Origin: an uncultured delta proteobacterium
GTDB taxonomy: Bacteria; Myxococcota_A; Polyangia; Fen-1088
Direction: 5' to 3'
Length of the DNA: 64,000 nt
Assembly (NCBI GenBank): GCA_963758155.1
Contig: CAVWUP010000019.1
Coordinates: forward strand, 6,720-70,719
Shown one piece after another: positions 38,561 through 47,586 of this stretch. Below the pieces are notes generated by a model. That model was not told where the DNA came from, did not search any database, and was given only the letters and a program-made list of their open reading frames with translations. Position numbers and translations under genes: made by a program. The stretch's first letter is position 1. Each line of letters starts with the position of its first letter.

Positions 38561-39357
38561 CCGGCGCCTCAGTTGCGCGATTGTCTGTCGCGGTTGAAGC
38601 CGTGTTGGGAACATTTGTGCTCCAGGTCTCACTCGAGGTTGGTGCTGAGCCGCTGGCCCTGGTTGGTACCAACGGTTCGGGCAAGACCAGCTTGCTTCTG
38701 ACTATCTTGGGGCTGCGCAATCCCGCGCGCGGCCGCATCGTGCTTTGCGACGAGGTTCTTTTCGACGCCGAGACGGCCGTCGACCTTCCCACAGAAGAAC
38801 GCCACTTGGCATATTTGCCGCAGGACTTTGGCTTGTTTCCCCACCTGAGTGCGGTCGAAAACGTGGCCTTTGCCCTGGCATGCCGGTCACAGCGGCTGAG
38901 CGCAAGACAACGTCGCGACGAGGCCATGACCTGGCTGGAGCGCTTTGGAATCGGCCAGCTGGCGAAGCGAAACCCGGCGCGACTCTCCGGCGGCGAACGG
39001 CAGCGGGTCGCGCTGGCACGGGCTTTGGCGTCGTCTCCCAAGGCGCTTCTGCTCGACGAGCCCACGGCATCGCTGGACGTCGAGGCCCGTGTCGAGGTGC
39101 GCGCCTTTTTGGCTGAATCCATCCGCGCGCTCGGCTTGCCCACCATCCTGGTCACCCACGACGCCAAGGATGTCGAGGCCCTGGCCAGCCGCGTGGCGGT
39201 GCTCGAGAACGGGCGGGTTGCCGGTTGCGGCGTGCTGGGCGACATCCGGCAAAACCCACCGACGTCGTTTGCCAGCAAGCTGTTCGACTCGTCGAGAGTT
39301 CCGGGCGTAGGCGCAATCGCCAGCCCCTCTTGTGGTGGAGACGTTTCTCACAACTGA
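38557..39357 (+). CDS. modC: ABC transporter ATP-binding protein of the mod operon (ModC-like, no C-terminal TOBE domain)
   Basis: Walker A GTNGSGKTSLL, signature LSGGERQRVALARAL and Walker B LLLDEPTASLD. The start overlaps the modB stop. Confidence 0.8.
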   Translation: MTGASVARLSVAVEAVLGTFVLQVSLEVGAEPLALVGTNGSGKTSLLLTILGLRNPARGRIVLCDEVLFDAETAVDLPTEERHLAYLPQDFGLFPHLSAVENVAFALACRSQRLSARQRRDEAMTWLERFGIGQLAKRNPARLSGGERQRVALARALASSPKALLLDEPTASLDVEARVEVRAFLAESIRALGLPTILVTHDAKDVEALASRVAVLENGRVAGCGVLGDIRQNPPTSFASKLFDSSRVPGVGAIASPSCGGDVSHN

Positions 39358-39374
39358 AATAGGAGGTTCCTGCC

Positions 39375-41063
39375 ATGGCAACGTGCTTCGTCCTTAGAAT
39401 TCGATCCGCTCTTGCCTGTTTGTCTTCTTTGGCCTTCGCGGCCGCCCTGTCTGGATGCGGGAGTTCATCGGTATCCAAACCCGCAGATGCCGCCACGGAC
39501 ACATTGGCCATTGCCGACACAGCCAATCCCAACCTGGGCCGGGACACTGCCCAACCCGACACCGCAGTCGACATGGCGCTCTCTCCCGATACTGTTTCCA
39601 GTCCGGGGTTGGACGCATCCGACACCGGCGGCACAGTCGACGCGGGAGGCGTTGTCGACGCGCCCATCGCCACTGGCGGATTGGACGCGCCCACCGCGGA
39701 CGTCCCGGCCGACGGAGTCGGTGATGGCGGCGACGGAGGCAGCGACAGCGGCTCGTTGGCGGACGGCGGGGGCGGCGACGCCGGTCCTACCACCGCTTGT
39801 TCGTCGCTCGTGAATCCGCTGTACATAATGACGGGCGACACGCAGGTGCCAGTGCTGAAGACCCTGGGCAAAGCCTTGCGGCAAAACTCAGCGAATCCCA
39901 TCACGCTGGTTTGGTTCGCAACTGGCTCTTGCACCATCATCGACGCTGTCTACAACGGCACTCCGCTGACCCAGATCCCGTCCTACATCCCGAGCGATCC
40001 CACCTGGGATGACACCACGGGCGCAGTACCGACCTGTGCCTTGGAAAGCGGCGGGCGCAGCGTGGACATCGGCATTCCCATCGTGTTCCCCGCAGCCTGC
40101 TCGACCGCCACTCCGCCTGCCAACTTGGGCGCATTCAAGGGTCCGGTGCAGTCGATGCTCTTCGTGGTGCCCAAGTCGGCTTCGCCCATGGCCATCAGCT
40201 CACAACAGGCAGCCCTGGTCTTCGGTACAGGCGCCACGGCCAACATCGCGCCCTGGACCGACGAGAATTTCTACTTCATTCGCCCACCCACCAAGGGCGT
40301 GGAGGTGAGCCTTGGCGCCCTGATCGGTGTGGCACCGGCGCTGTGGCATGGGAAGCAAATCAGCGCTTCCAACGATGTCGCCACCGACGTGGCCACCTCG
40401 GTGCAGCCTGACAAGACCATCGGAATTCTTGGCAGCGAGACATACGACAGCACAACCAACCGGGCCAATCTCAAGGCGCTGGCTTTCCAGGCCGTGAATC
40501 AGACCAACGGCTATCTTCCCGATTCCACCGCAACGGCCTTCGACAAGCGAAGTCTTCGCGAGGGGCACTATGTCGCCTGGGCGCATGTCTTCTACTTGAC
40601 CAAGGTGACCTCAACCGACGCAGGCGTGTCCGTTCCAGTCAACGCCAACGCCAAGCTGTTCATCGACATTCTCACCAACACAGCCGATTCCGGCATTCCG
40701 TCCACGCTGGATCCAGTGGCGCTCGTGGCGAAGAAAGGAATCGTTCCTCTGTGCGCCATGACGGTGACCCGCTCCGTCGAAGGTGGCCCTCTTTCACTCT
40801 CCGCGCCGCCTGATCCTTGCGGCTGCTACTTCGAGAAAACGCTCGGCACCGGTACGGTTCCCACGTCCTGCGTGGCCTGTACCACAAGCGCGTCTTGCAC
40901 GGGTGGCACCACCTGCCGCCATGGCTACTGCGAAGCTGACGATGGCCGCACCTCACTCAGCGATTGCAGCGCTCTCGCCAGCGGCGCCACGTACGCTCAG
41001 ATCATCAACAATACCTGCACCGCTGGGGCGCGCTTTCAGGCCGACAACATTCCCAATCCGTGA
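39375..41063 (+). CDS. lipoprotein with Asp/Gly/Thr-rich linker, a possible periplasmic-binding-like domain and a Cys-rich C-terminus
   Basis: Signal with lipobox AAALSGC. The central region ITLVWFATGSCTIIDAVYNG resembles a binding-protein fold. The C-terminus is a myxobacterial-type Cys cluster SCVACTTSASCTGGTTCRHGYC. Confidence 0.55.
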   Translation: MATCFVLRIRSALACLSSLAFAAALSGCGSSSVSKPADAATDTLAIADTANPNLGRDTAQPDTAVDMALSPDTVSSPGLDASDTGGTVDAGGVVDAPIATGGLDAPTADVPADGVGDGGDGGSDSGSLADGGGGDAGPTTACSSLVNPLYIMTGDTQVPVLKTLGKALRQNSANPITLVWFATGSCTIIDAVYNGTPLTQIPSYIPSDPTWDDTTGAVPTCALESGGRSVDIGIPIVFPAACSTATPPANLGAFKGPVQSMLFVVPKSASPMAISSQQAALVFGTGATANIAPWTDENFYFIRPPTKGVEVSLGALIGVAPALWHGKQISASNDVATDVATSVQPDKTIGILGSETYDSTTNRANLKALAFQAVNQTNGYLPDSTATAFDKRSLREGHYVAWAHVFYLTKVTSTDAGVSVPVNANAKLFIDILTNTADSGIPSTLDPVALVAKKGIVPLCAMTVTRSVEGGPLSLSAPPDPCGCYFEKTLGTGTVPTSCVACTTSASCTGGTTCRHGYCEADDGRTSLSDCSALASGATYAQIINNTCTAGARFQADNIPNP

Positions 41064-42357
41064 AGACGCGCATTGGCCGGTTGAGTTTGGGCGGGCTCTT
41101 TTTGGTCGGGGCGGTGCACACTGCCCTGGCCGAGGAGGCGCCTGCGCCAGCTCAACCGGCGGTGGCGACCAGTTCGGCGGGCCGTCTGAGTGTAGGAGAG
41201 ACCACTCTGACGGTTGGAGGGTTTGTGCAAGCAGACGCCGTGCTGATGGACCAGTCCTCGCAGGATCAGCTCTCCCCCTCTGGGGGCGAGCCTCTCAATA
41301 CGGAACGGCTTCTCATTCGCCGTGGACACCTCTTCGTCGAAGCCAGCCGAAGAATTCCTTCGCGCGGCGGTCGAGCTGGACGCGAATACGGTCAAAGGCA
41401 TGGCGGTCGGATTGGCGCGGGCCGAGCTGGCCGCGGGCCAGACGCGGCCGCAGTGGAACTGGGAACTTGCCCTTGGCCTCGTTCGCATTCCATTCGGACT
41501 TGAAGTTCAGGAATGGGATCCCGATCGTTTCTTTCTGGAGCGCAGCAACGTCAGCCGCGCGCTCTTTCCCGGCACATTTGACTTGGGTGCGCGCGCACAA
41601 ATTGGCTGGCGATTCTTGCGTGCGCAAATGGCGGTCATGAATGGCAACCCACTGGGGGACGCATCTTTCCCGGCCCGCGATCCCAATGCGGCCAAGGATT
41701 TTGTGGGAAGGATGGGAATGGATGCCACCATCGCGGCCAAGGTCCATGTCACCGCTGGCGTTTCTTCGCTGAAGGGCACCGGGATTTCATCCCGGCACGC
41801 CCGCGACCAAGAACGTCCTGGTGTGGAACGACCAGAACGAAGACGGTATTGTCCAACTCAGCGAGATCCAGATCATTCCCGGCCGCGCGGCCACGCCATC
41901 GCAGAATTTCTCGCGCTTCGCCGTGGGGGCAGACAGTCGCATCAGCTTCGCGATTCCCCGCTTGGGTACCTCGGTGGTCTTCGGCGAAGTGGTTTGGGGC
42001 GCCAATCTGGATCGCGGGCTGCAGCCCGCCGATCCCGTTGCATCTGGTCGCGACTTGCGGGAATTCGGCTGGGTTGTGGGTGTCAGCCAGGAATTCACGC
42101 CATGGGTTGGGTTCGGCGCTCGCTACGACTTCTACAACCCGGACGTGGATGCCTCTCGGCAAACACCCACGGTTCTGGTGCCCAAAGATGTGTCCTTTCG
42201 CACCTGGACCTTCACGCTCTCGTTGGGCGGCTTTGCTCACAATCGTTTGGCTCTCGAATTCCAACATAATCGCAATGCGCTGGGCGTGGCTTCCGATGGA
42301 TCGCCGACGACCCTGGCCGCGGACACGCTGACCTTGCGCGGGCAGATGGTCTTCTGA
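41060..42357 (+). CDS. outer-membrane beta-barrel porin (phosphate-selective porin O/P-like) interrupted by two frame discontinuities
   Basis: GTG 41060 overlaps the upstream stop (GTGA). The signal is MKTRIGRLSLGGLFLVGAVHTALA. Beta-strand-rich sequence continues in frame 2 (to ~41330), frame 0 (~41330-41790) and frame 1 (~41790-42357), ending in the OMP-typical C-terminal TLRGQMVF. Confidence 0.55.
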
Positions 42358-43262
42358 TGAAGGGCAGGTCCGCCACATGGCTTTTGCCCCTCGCCGTGGC
42401 CGCGTGCGGCGGCGCGACCAGTGACACCGGCGTGGAGGCTGTCGTGCGCGTGGCCGGCGGTCAGTTCTATCGCGGCTCGATCGACAAGCTGGTCAGCGTG
42501 CGGACAGCCCCAACCGTCGTGGACGTGTTGAATAGCCAAAACGTGATCACGCCCGGCCTGGAAAACAAGCAGATCTCTGGCCGCTTGGATCCAGGGAGCA
42601 CGGCGGTGGCCATCGGTTTGGCTGGCGATATCGGCTACTGGATTCTTGCGGCTGACGTGCCTGACATGGACAGCCCAACCCAACCGACCTTCCATGCCAG
42701 CCTGTCGTTTTCACCGTCGCTGCCAAAAACGTCCTACGATCTACTGGTTCGTGCGGCGGCCCCGCCCAACAGCATGGGGCCCGCGACGCATGTGCCTCTG
42801 GACGTGGAGCAGAGCTTGCCCCCGACCGGGGCGTTGGTTGTCTCATTGTGGTGGGACACGGAGTCCGATCTCGATCTGCACGTGGTCGACCCTTCTGGGG
42901 TCGAGGTGTGGGCCGGCAACATCAACTCCTACGATCGATATTCGACGTTGCCGATGCCCGATGCTGGAGCCATGAGTGAAGCTGGCATTCTCGACTTCGA
43001 CTCCAACGCTGGGTGCGTGATCGATGGCCGTTGCAATGAGAACGTGGTTTGGGCAGTGACCGCGCCAGTCGGTGACTATGTGGCTCGCGTGGACACATTC
43101 TCGCTTTGTGGGAATTCGGCTGCACGCTGGACTGTAGAGGCACTGCTCAATGGGGTTTCGCTGGGCAAGGCAAAGGGCGAGGCACTTCCCGCCAGTCAGC
43201 GTTTCAGCAAAGGCAAAGGTAGTGGACTCACGGTCCTGACATTCACTGTTCCATCCCCATGA
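42357..43262 (+). CDS. hypothetical lipoprotein (operon member)
   Basis: The ATG overlaps the porin stop (TGATG). The signal MKGRSATWLLPLAVAACGG has a lipobox. Confidence 0.55.
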   Translation: MKGRSATWLLPLAVAACGGATSDTGVEAVVRVAGGQFYRGSIDKLVSVRTAPTVVDVLNSQNVITPGLENKQISGRLDPGSTAVAIGLAGDIGYWILAADVPDMDSPTQPTFHASLSFSPSLPKTSYDLLVRAAAPPNSMGPATHVPLDVEQSLPPTGALVVSLWWDTESDLDLHVVDPSGVEVWAGNINSYDRYSTLPMPDAGAMSEAGILDFDSNAGCVIDGRCNENVVWAVTAPVGDYVARVDTFSLCGNSAARWTVEALLNGVSLGKAKGEALPASQRFSKGKGSGLTVLTFTVPSP

Positions 43263-45301
43263 AAGCGCAGGCGAGCGTCTTCACGCTGGCAATGCTTGCG
43301 GGCGAGCCCGAAGCGCTGGCGAGCGACGCCAACGAGACCGTGGTGATTGCGCCGCCGTCGAAGACCGTAGGCGAGTCTGGCTTTTCCACGTCTGAGTTGC
43401 GCCAGCTTCCCGGAGCGCAGGGCGATGCGGGCAAGGCCCTGGAAAACCTGCCCGGTGTGGCACGGCCGGGACTGGCGGGTGGCGAACTGGTGGTGTGGGG
43501 CGCAGCGCCTACCGAGACACGCGTGGTGGTCGACGGCATGGAGATTCCAGCGCTGTATCACTTGGGTGGACTACGTTCGGTGGTTCACAGCGGCTTCTTG
43601 CGCACGCTGACCCTGGTGCCTGGCGGCTATGGTCCGGAGTACGGCCGCGGCCTGGGCGGACTGGTTCAAATGGCCAGCCGGGGGGGGCCGATCGAACGCT
43701 ACCAAGGAGAGGTGGATGTGGATGTCCTCGATGCGTCGTTTTGTGCGGGCGCGGCCACAGAAAAAGGCGCTGGCGTTCTGGCCGCCGGCCGCATCGGCTA
43801 TCTGGATCGTATCATGAACGGCGCCCTATCATCCGACACCCGGCGCTTGTTTCCCCTTGCGCGCTATCGCGACTTTCAGGGCAAGGCCGTTTTCCCTTTG
43901 CGCGATGACGAAAGAGTCGAGGTGATCTTCCTGACCTCTGCCGATGCCAGCTCGATCTCTGGTAGCACTACGATTCCTTCCTCGTTTGCCGAGCAAGATC
44001 GGACGCAATCCTTTTCCCGTCTCGGGTTCAGATACCTGCGCGCGTTTCCCGATGGTGCAAGCGCATCGCTGACTCCCTTTGTTGGCTGGGACCAAACGCG
44101 CCGGCAGGAAATCGCGGGGCAGGGCAGGGCGGACGAATCGATGGCCTCGACCGTGCTGGGTCTGCGCGGAGAGTACGGGGCGCCGCTTTCTCCGAGGCTG
44201 ACTCTGGTCGCGGGGTTTGATGGACTGCTTACGCTGTCGAACGTCGAGCGCTCCGGATCACCGACGCTGCCGCCCAGAGAAGGCGACATAGTCGCTTTTG
44301 GCCAGCCGATGTCGGGAGGAGCGAGTGCTGACACGTGGAGCGCCTCGGTGGGAAATCTGGCTCCCTACACCACATTGGAGATCACGCGAGGGCGTTGGCG
44401 CTTGCTTCCGTCGCTGCGGCTTGACGGATTCGTCATCTCACCCGATCGCAGCACCCCCGAGAATGGCGTCACGCCGCGAGCGGGATCTGCGCGTTTGTCC
44501 TGGTCGCCAGCTCCGCGTCTGGCCGTCGCACACCAGACCCGTTCTTGGCTGCGCGAAAACCTGTCGCTGGGGCTGTACCACCAGGCTCCCGCGCCGAGCG
44601 ACCTGAGTGCAGTCTTTGGTTCGCCCAGCCTGGGGGTTGCCCACGCTGTGCACGTTGTGGCTGGGACAGACATGGATGTCGGTCAGCACCTGAACGTGCA
44701 GCCCACTTTGTTCTACCGCTATATGTGGGATCTGGTGATGCGCAATCCCGACGCAAGCCCTGCCTTGGCGCACGCTCTGGTTCAAGATGGCGTGGGCCGC
44801 GCCTATGGCGCCCAGATCCTATTGCGCTTCTCGCCTCACGCGGGGCTTTCTGGTTGGCTGGCCTACACGCTCAGCCGCAGCGAGCGCAGGCACGCCTCCG
44901 ATCCATCCTACCGACTGCTCGATCAGGACCAAACCCATCTTCTCACCTTCGCTGCCCATGCTTCGCGCCGCGGGTTCGTCCTGGGTCTGCGATTTCGCTT
45001 GGCCAGCGGAATGCCACGAACGCCAGTGATTGGCAGCTACCTGGACGCGACCACAGGACAGTACCAGCCCATCTTCGGCCCACAGAACAGCATTCGCCTG
45101 CCTGTCTTTTACGCGCTCGATCTTCGCGTCGAGAAGCACTTTCGCAGACGCTCGCTGGACATCGTTCCTTACCTGGAAATTCTCAACCTTACCAATCACG
45201 CGAACGTCGAGGAATTCGCCTACGACGAACAATTCGCCTCGCGCTCGAACATCACGGGCCTGCCCATTCTCGCCGTGGCCGGAGTGTCAGTGAGGTTCTG
45301 A
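43259..45301 (+). CDS. TonB-dependent receptor-like outer membrane transporter (plug + 22-strand barrel)
   Basis: The signal peptide is followed by a plug-like region (ETVVIAPPSKTVGESGFSTSELRQLPG...ALENLPGV), a long beta-barrel region and a C-terminal aromatic residue (...VSVRF). The start overlaps the previous stop. Confidence 0.7.
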   Translation: MKAQASVFTLAMLAGEPEALASDANETVVIAPPSKTVGESGFSTSELRQLPGAQGDAGKALENLPGVARPGLAGGELVVWGAAPTETRVVVDGMEIPALYHLGGLRSVVHSGFLRTLTLVPGGYGPEYGRGLGGLVQMASRGGPIERYQGEVDVDVLDASFCAGAATEKGAGVLAAGRIGYLDRIMNGALSSDTRRLFPLARYRDFQGKAVFPLRDDERVEVIFLTSADASSISGSTTIPSSFAEQDRTQSFSRLGFRYLRAFPDGASASLTPFVGWDQTRRQEIAGQGRADESMASTVLGLRGEYGAPLSPRLTLVAGFDGLLTLSNVERSGSPTLPPREGDIVAFGQPMSGGASADTWSASVGNLAPYTTLEITRGRWRLLPSLRLDGFVISPDRSTPENGVTPRAGSARLSWSPAPRLAVAHQTRSWLRENLSLGLYHQAPAPSDLSAVFGSPSLGVAHAVHVVAGTDMDVGQHLNVQPTLFYRYMWDLVMRNPDASPALAHALVQDGVGRAYGAQILLRFSPHAGLSGWLAYTLSRSERRHASDPSYRLLDQDQTHLLTFAAHASRRGFVLGLRFRLASGMPRTPVIGSYLDATTGQYQPIFGPQNSIRLPVFYALDLRVEKHFRRRSLDIVPYLEILNLTNHANVEEFAYDEQFASRSNITGLPILAVAGVSVRF

Positions 45302-46200
45302 TGCGTGGACTTGCACTTCCTGCGTTTCTGTTGCTGGCCAATTGCGCGCCGAAAATGGGCAATCCTGCTTCGCTCATCACGCAGGAACGGATCATCGGCG
45401 TGCGCGGCGATCCTGCTGAAGCGGCGCCTGGAGATCTGGTCAAGTACTCCAGTTTGGTGGCTTCTCCCTCGGGAACCGTGCAGGCCCAGCAACTGTCGTG
45501 GAGTCTGTGCAAACTGCGCAAGCCGGTTGCCGAGAACACCCCAGTGAGCCAGGCCTGCCTGACCGACGATCTGGCGCAGTCGGCACAGGGCGGATCGGTC
45601 TCGATTCAGACGCCCAGCTCCGCGTGTTCGAATTTTGGGCCGTTGGCGCCAGCCTCAAGCGGTGGAACCCTTCGACCCTCCGACCCGGACGCGACCGGTG
45701 GCTACTACCAACCCCTGCGGCTTGATCTCGACGCGGCGCAGGCCATTTTTCGCGAGCGGCTGAGCTGCGGGCTCGCGGGCGCGTCGCTGGCCATGGCCCA
45801 GGAATTCCGCGCGAGCTACACCCCCAACCAGAATCCCACGCTGGTGTCCCTGTCGGCCCTGGTGGACGGGACGTCGGTGTCGCTCGATGCGCTGCCGGCC
45901 AGTCAGCGCGTTGGCCTGGTCGCGACCTGGGCGCCCGACTCGGCTGAATCCTATCCCGTCTTCGATTCTGCCTCGCAGACGATCGTGGACCAGTCTGAGG
46001 ATCTTTGGCTCTCTTGGTTCGCCACGGCCGGCGCTTTCGACAAGTCGCTGACTGCGCGCCCGGAAGGCGATACGGCGGCCGCGAACGAAAACACTTGGGA
46101 GTCCCCCGCAGGGGCTGCGGTCGTCTTCCTATGGCTCGTCCTGCACGATAGCCGCGGGGGCGCTGACTTCGCCGCCTACACGCTGACGGTTGTGCCGTGA
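45300..46200 (+). CDS. hypothetical lipoprotein (last gene of the mod/receptor operon)
   Basis: The ATG overlaps the receptor stop (TGATG). The signal MRGLALPAFLLLANC has a lipobox. Confidence 0.55.
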
Positions 46201-46204
46201 CTAT

Positions 46205-46693
46205 TCATGACTGCTTCAGGTCCTTGGCCATCTCGACCACGGTCGGCCTGAAGCCGAGCGCGCGGATGAGAGCGTGCGATGTCTCGTTCTGCCAGGCGGC
46301 GGTGGCAACCGCGAAGGGGGCGCCGAGGGCGGTCAGCCGATTGAGGCACTCGCGCAGCATGGCGGCGGCCAGGCCTTGGCGGCGAGCGCGGTCGACGACG
46401 AAGACGTCGTGCAGCCGGCCACAGTCATCGCGCAGCTCGGCCCAGTTGCGGTCTTCCAGGCTGGCGTAGGCGTACCCCACTATCTCGCGACTGTCTTCGT
46501 CCTCGGCCACCAAGATGATGGTGCCGTGGTTGCCGAGCTGACTGGCGAAGTACCGCGCGTAGCCGGCCTCGACCCGCTCGGGAAGCATCCAGCGCCCCGG
46601 ATCGAAGCCGTGGTGCTGGCGCACGAGTTGGCCCGCCAAGCTGCCCACGGCCGGCAAGTCTTCAGGCAAGGCATCGCGAATGCGGAATCCCAC
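46205..46693 (-). CDS. GNAT-family N-acetyltransferase
   Basis: Acetyl-CoA binding motifs VFVVDRARRQGLAAAML (Q/RxxGxG/A) and GFRP. Confidence 0.8.
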   Translation of the reverse strand: MGFRIRDALPEDLPAVGSLAGQLVRQHHGFDPGRWMLPERVEAGYARYFASQLGNHGTIILVAEDEDSREIVGYAYASLEDRNWAELRDDCGRLHDVFVVDRARRQGLAAAMLRECLNRLTALGAPFAVATAAWQNETSHALIRALGFRPTVVEMAKDLKQS

Positions 46694-46728
46694 GGCGAAG
46701 TCGTAGCACGAACCGATCCCTCAAGCTT

Positions 46729-46801
46729 GAGCGCGAGACGGGGCTCGGACCCGCGACCCTCGGCTTGGGAAGCCGATGCTCTACCAACTGAGCTACTCGC
46801 G
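46729..46801 (-). tRNA. tRNA-Gly (anticodon CCC)
   Basis: Reverse complement GCGCGAGTAGCTCAGTTGGTAGAGCATCGGCTTCCCAAGCCGAGGGTCGCGGGTCCGAGCCCCGTCTCGCGCT folds as a cloverleaf. It has a 7-bp acceptor stem, D-arm GCTC/GAGC, anticodon stem TCGGC/GCCGA with loop TTCCCAA, and a T-arm. The T-loop reads TCCGAGC, unusual at position 55. Confidence 0.7.
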
Positions 46802-46863
46802 CAAACGGACCTCTCATAGATACCACTTCTGCGGGCAGGTGGGGAGGGTTGTTCGACGCTTCG

Positions 46864-47586
46864 TCAGCCTAGATCCAAGATCCACGGGTTGACCCCGGCT
46901 TGTGCGACCACCGCATCCGGCAGACACACCCAGTGCGGACAGTTGTCGAGCAGCCAGGCGTCGCTGGAAGCAGCGACCCAACCTGTGGCAGCGATGGCGC
47001 GATCGGGATTGTCGGCCAGCTCGACTTGCCAGGGCCAGCCCGCTGCCTGGGCCATCGCTTCGATCAAGCCGCGCAGCCGGCCGCTGTTGGACACGGGACG
47101 GTCGAGAAACCAGCGCACCTCGGTCGGGGCAGCGCCCACGATGACATTGCCGAGAAGTTGCAGGGCGCGTTCGGTCTCCTGCACCTGGCGGTAGCTGCCG
47201 TGAACACTCGAAAGATCGCGCAGGGCCCGATCGCGGCCGCGAAGCAAGACGCCTCCGGAAAGGGCCGCTTCGACTGTGATGAGACAATTGAAGCCGTCCA
47301 CGGCCAGGCGCAAACCATGCAGCTTGCTAACCGTCAGTCGCCGCTGGCCGCGCTCGGTGGCCGCGCTCGTGCCACAGGAGCTGCGCAGGACCGCCAGACG
47401 CTGTCGTTCGCGCAGGGCAAAGTGATCGCCCACCAGCTTCAAGGCCGCAGTCTGGCTGTACCTGTGCTGGAAAAGCCAAGACAGCTCCTCGGTCGCCTGG
47501 CGCAGGACTGGCACCGCGACACCGTCGAAAAGCCGGCTGTCAGCTGGATGCCGTCCGCGATGCTGGCGCTGGTCGGTCATGGCCAA
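46864..47586 (-). CDS. conserved hypothetical protein (no recognisable motifs)
   Basis: A 240-aa ORF with protein-like composition, divergent from the GT39 gene. Confidence 0.5.
   Translation of the reverse strand: MAMTDQRQHRGRHPADSRLFDGVAVPVLRQATEELSWLFQHRYSQTAALKLVGDHFALRERQRLAVLRSSCGTSAATERGQRRLTVSKLHGLRLAVDGFNCLITVEAALSGGVLLRGRDRALRDLSSVHGSYRQVQETERALQLLGNVIVGAAPTEVRWFLDRPVSNSGRLRGLIEAMAQAAGWPWQVELADNPDRAIAATGWVAASSDAWLLDNCPHWVCLPDAVVAQAGVNPWILDLG

Noticed and set aside
46205-47586. GNAT acetyltransferase plus adjacent 240-aa hypothetical as a possible GNAT-toxin/antitoxin pair
   Set aside because: The partner is too large and lacks an RHH/HTH antitoxin fold. The genes are separated by a tRNA and are on the same strand but not coupled.
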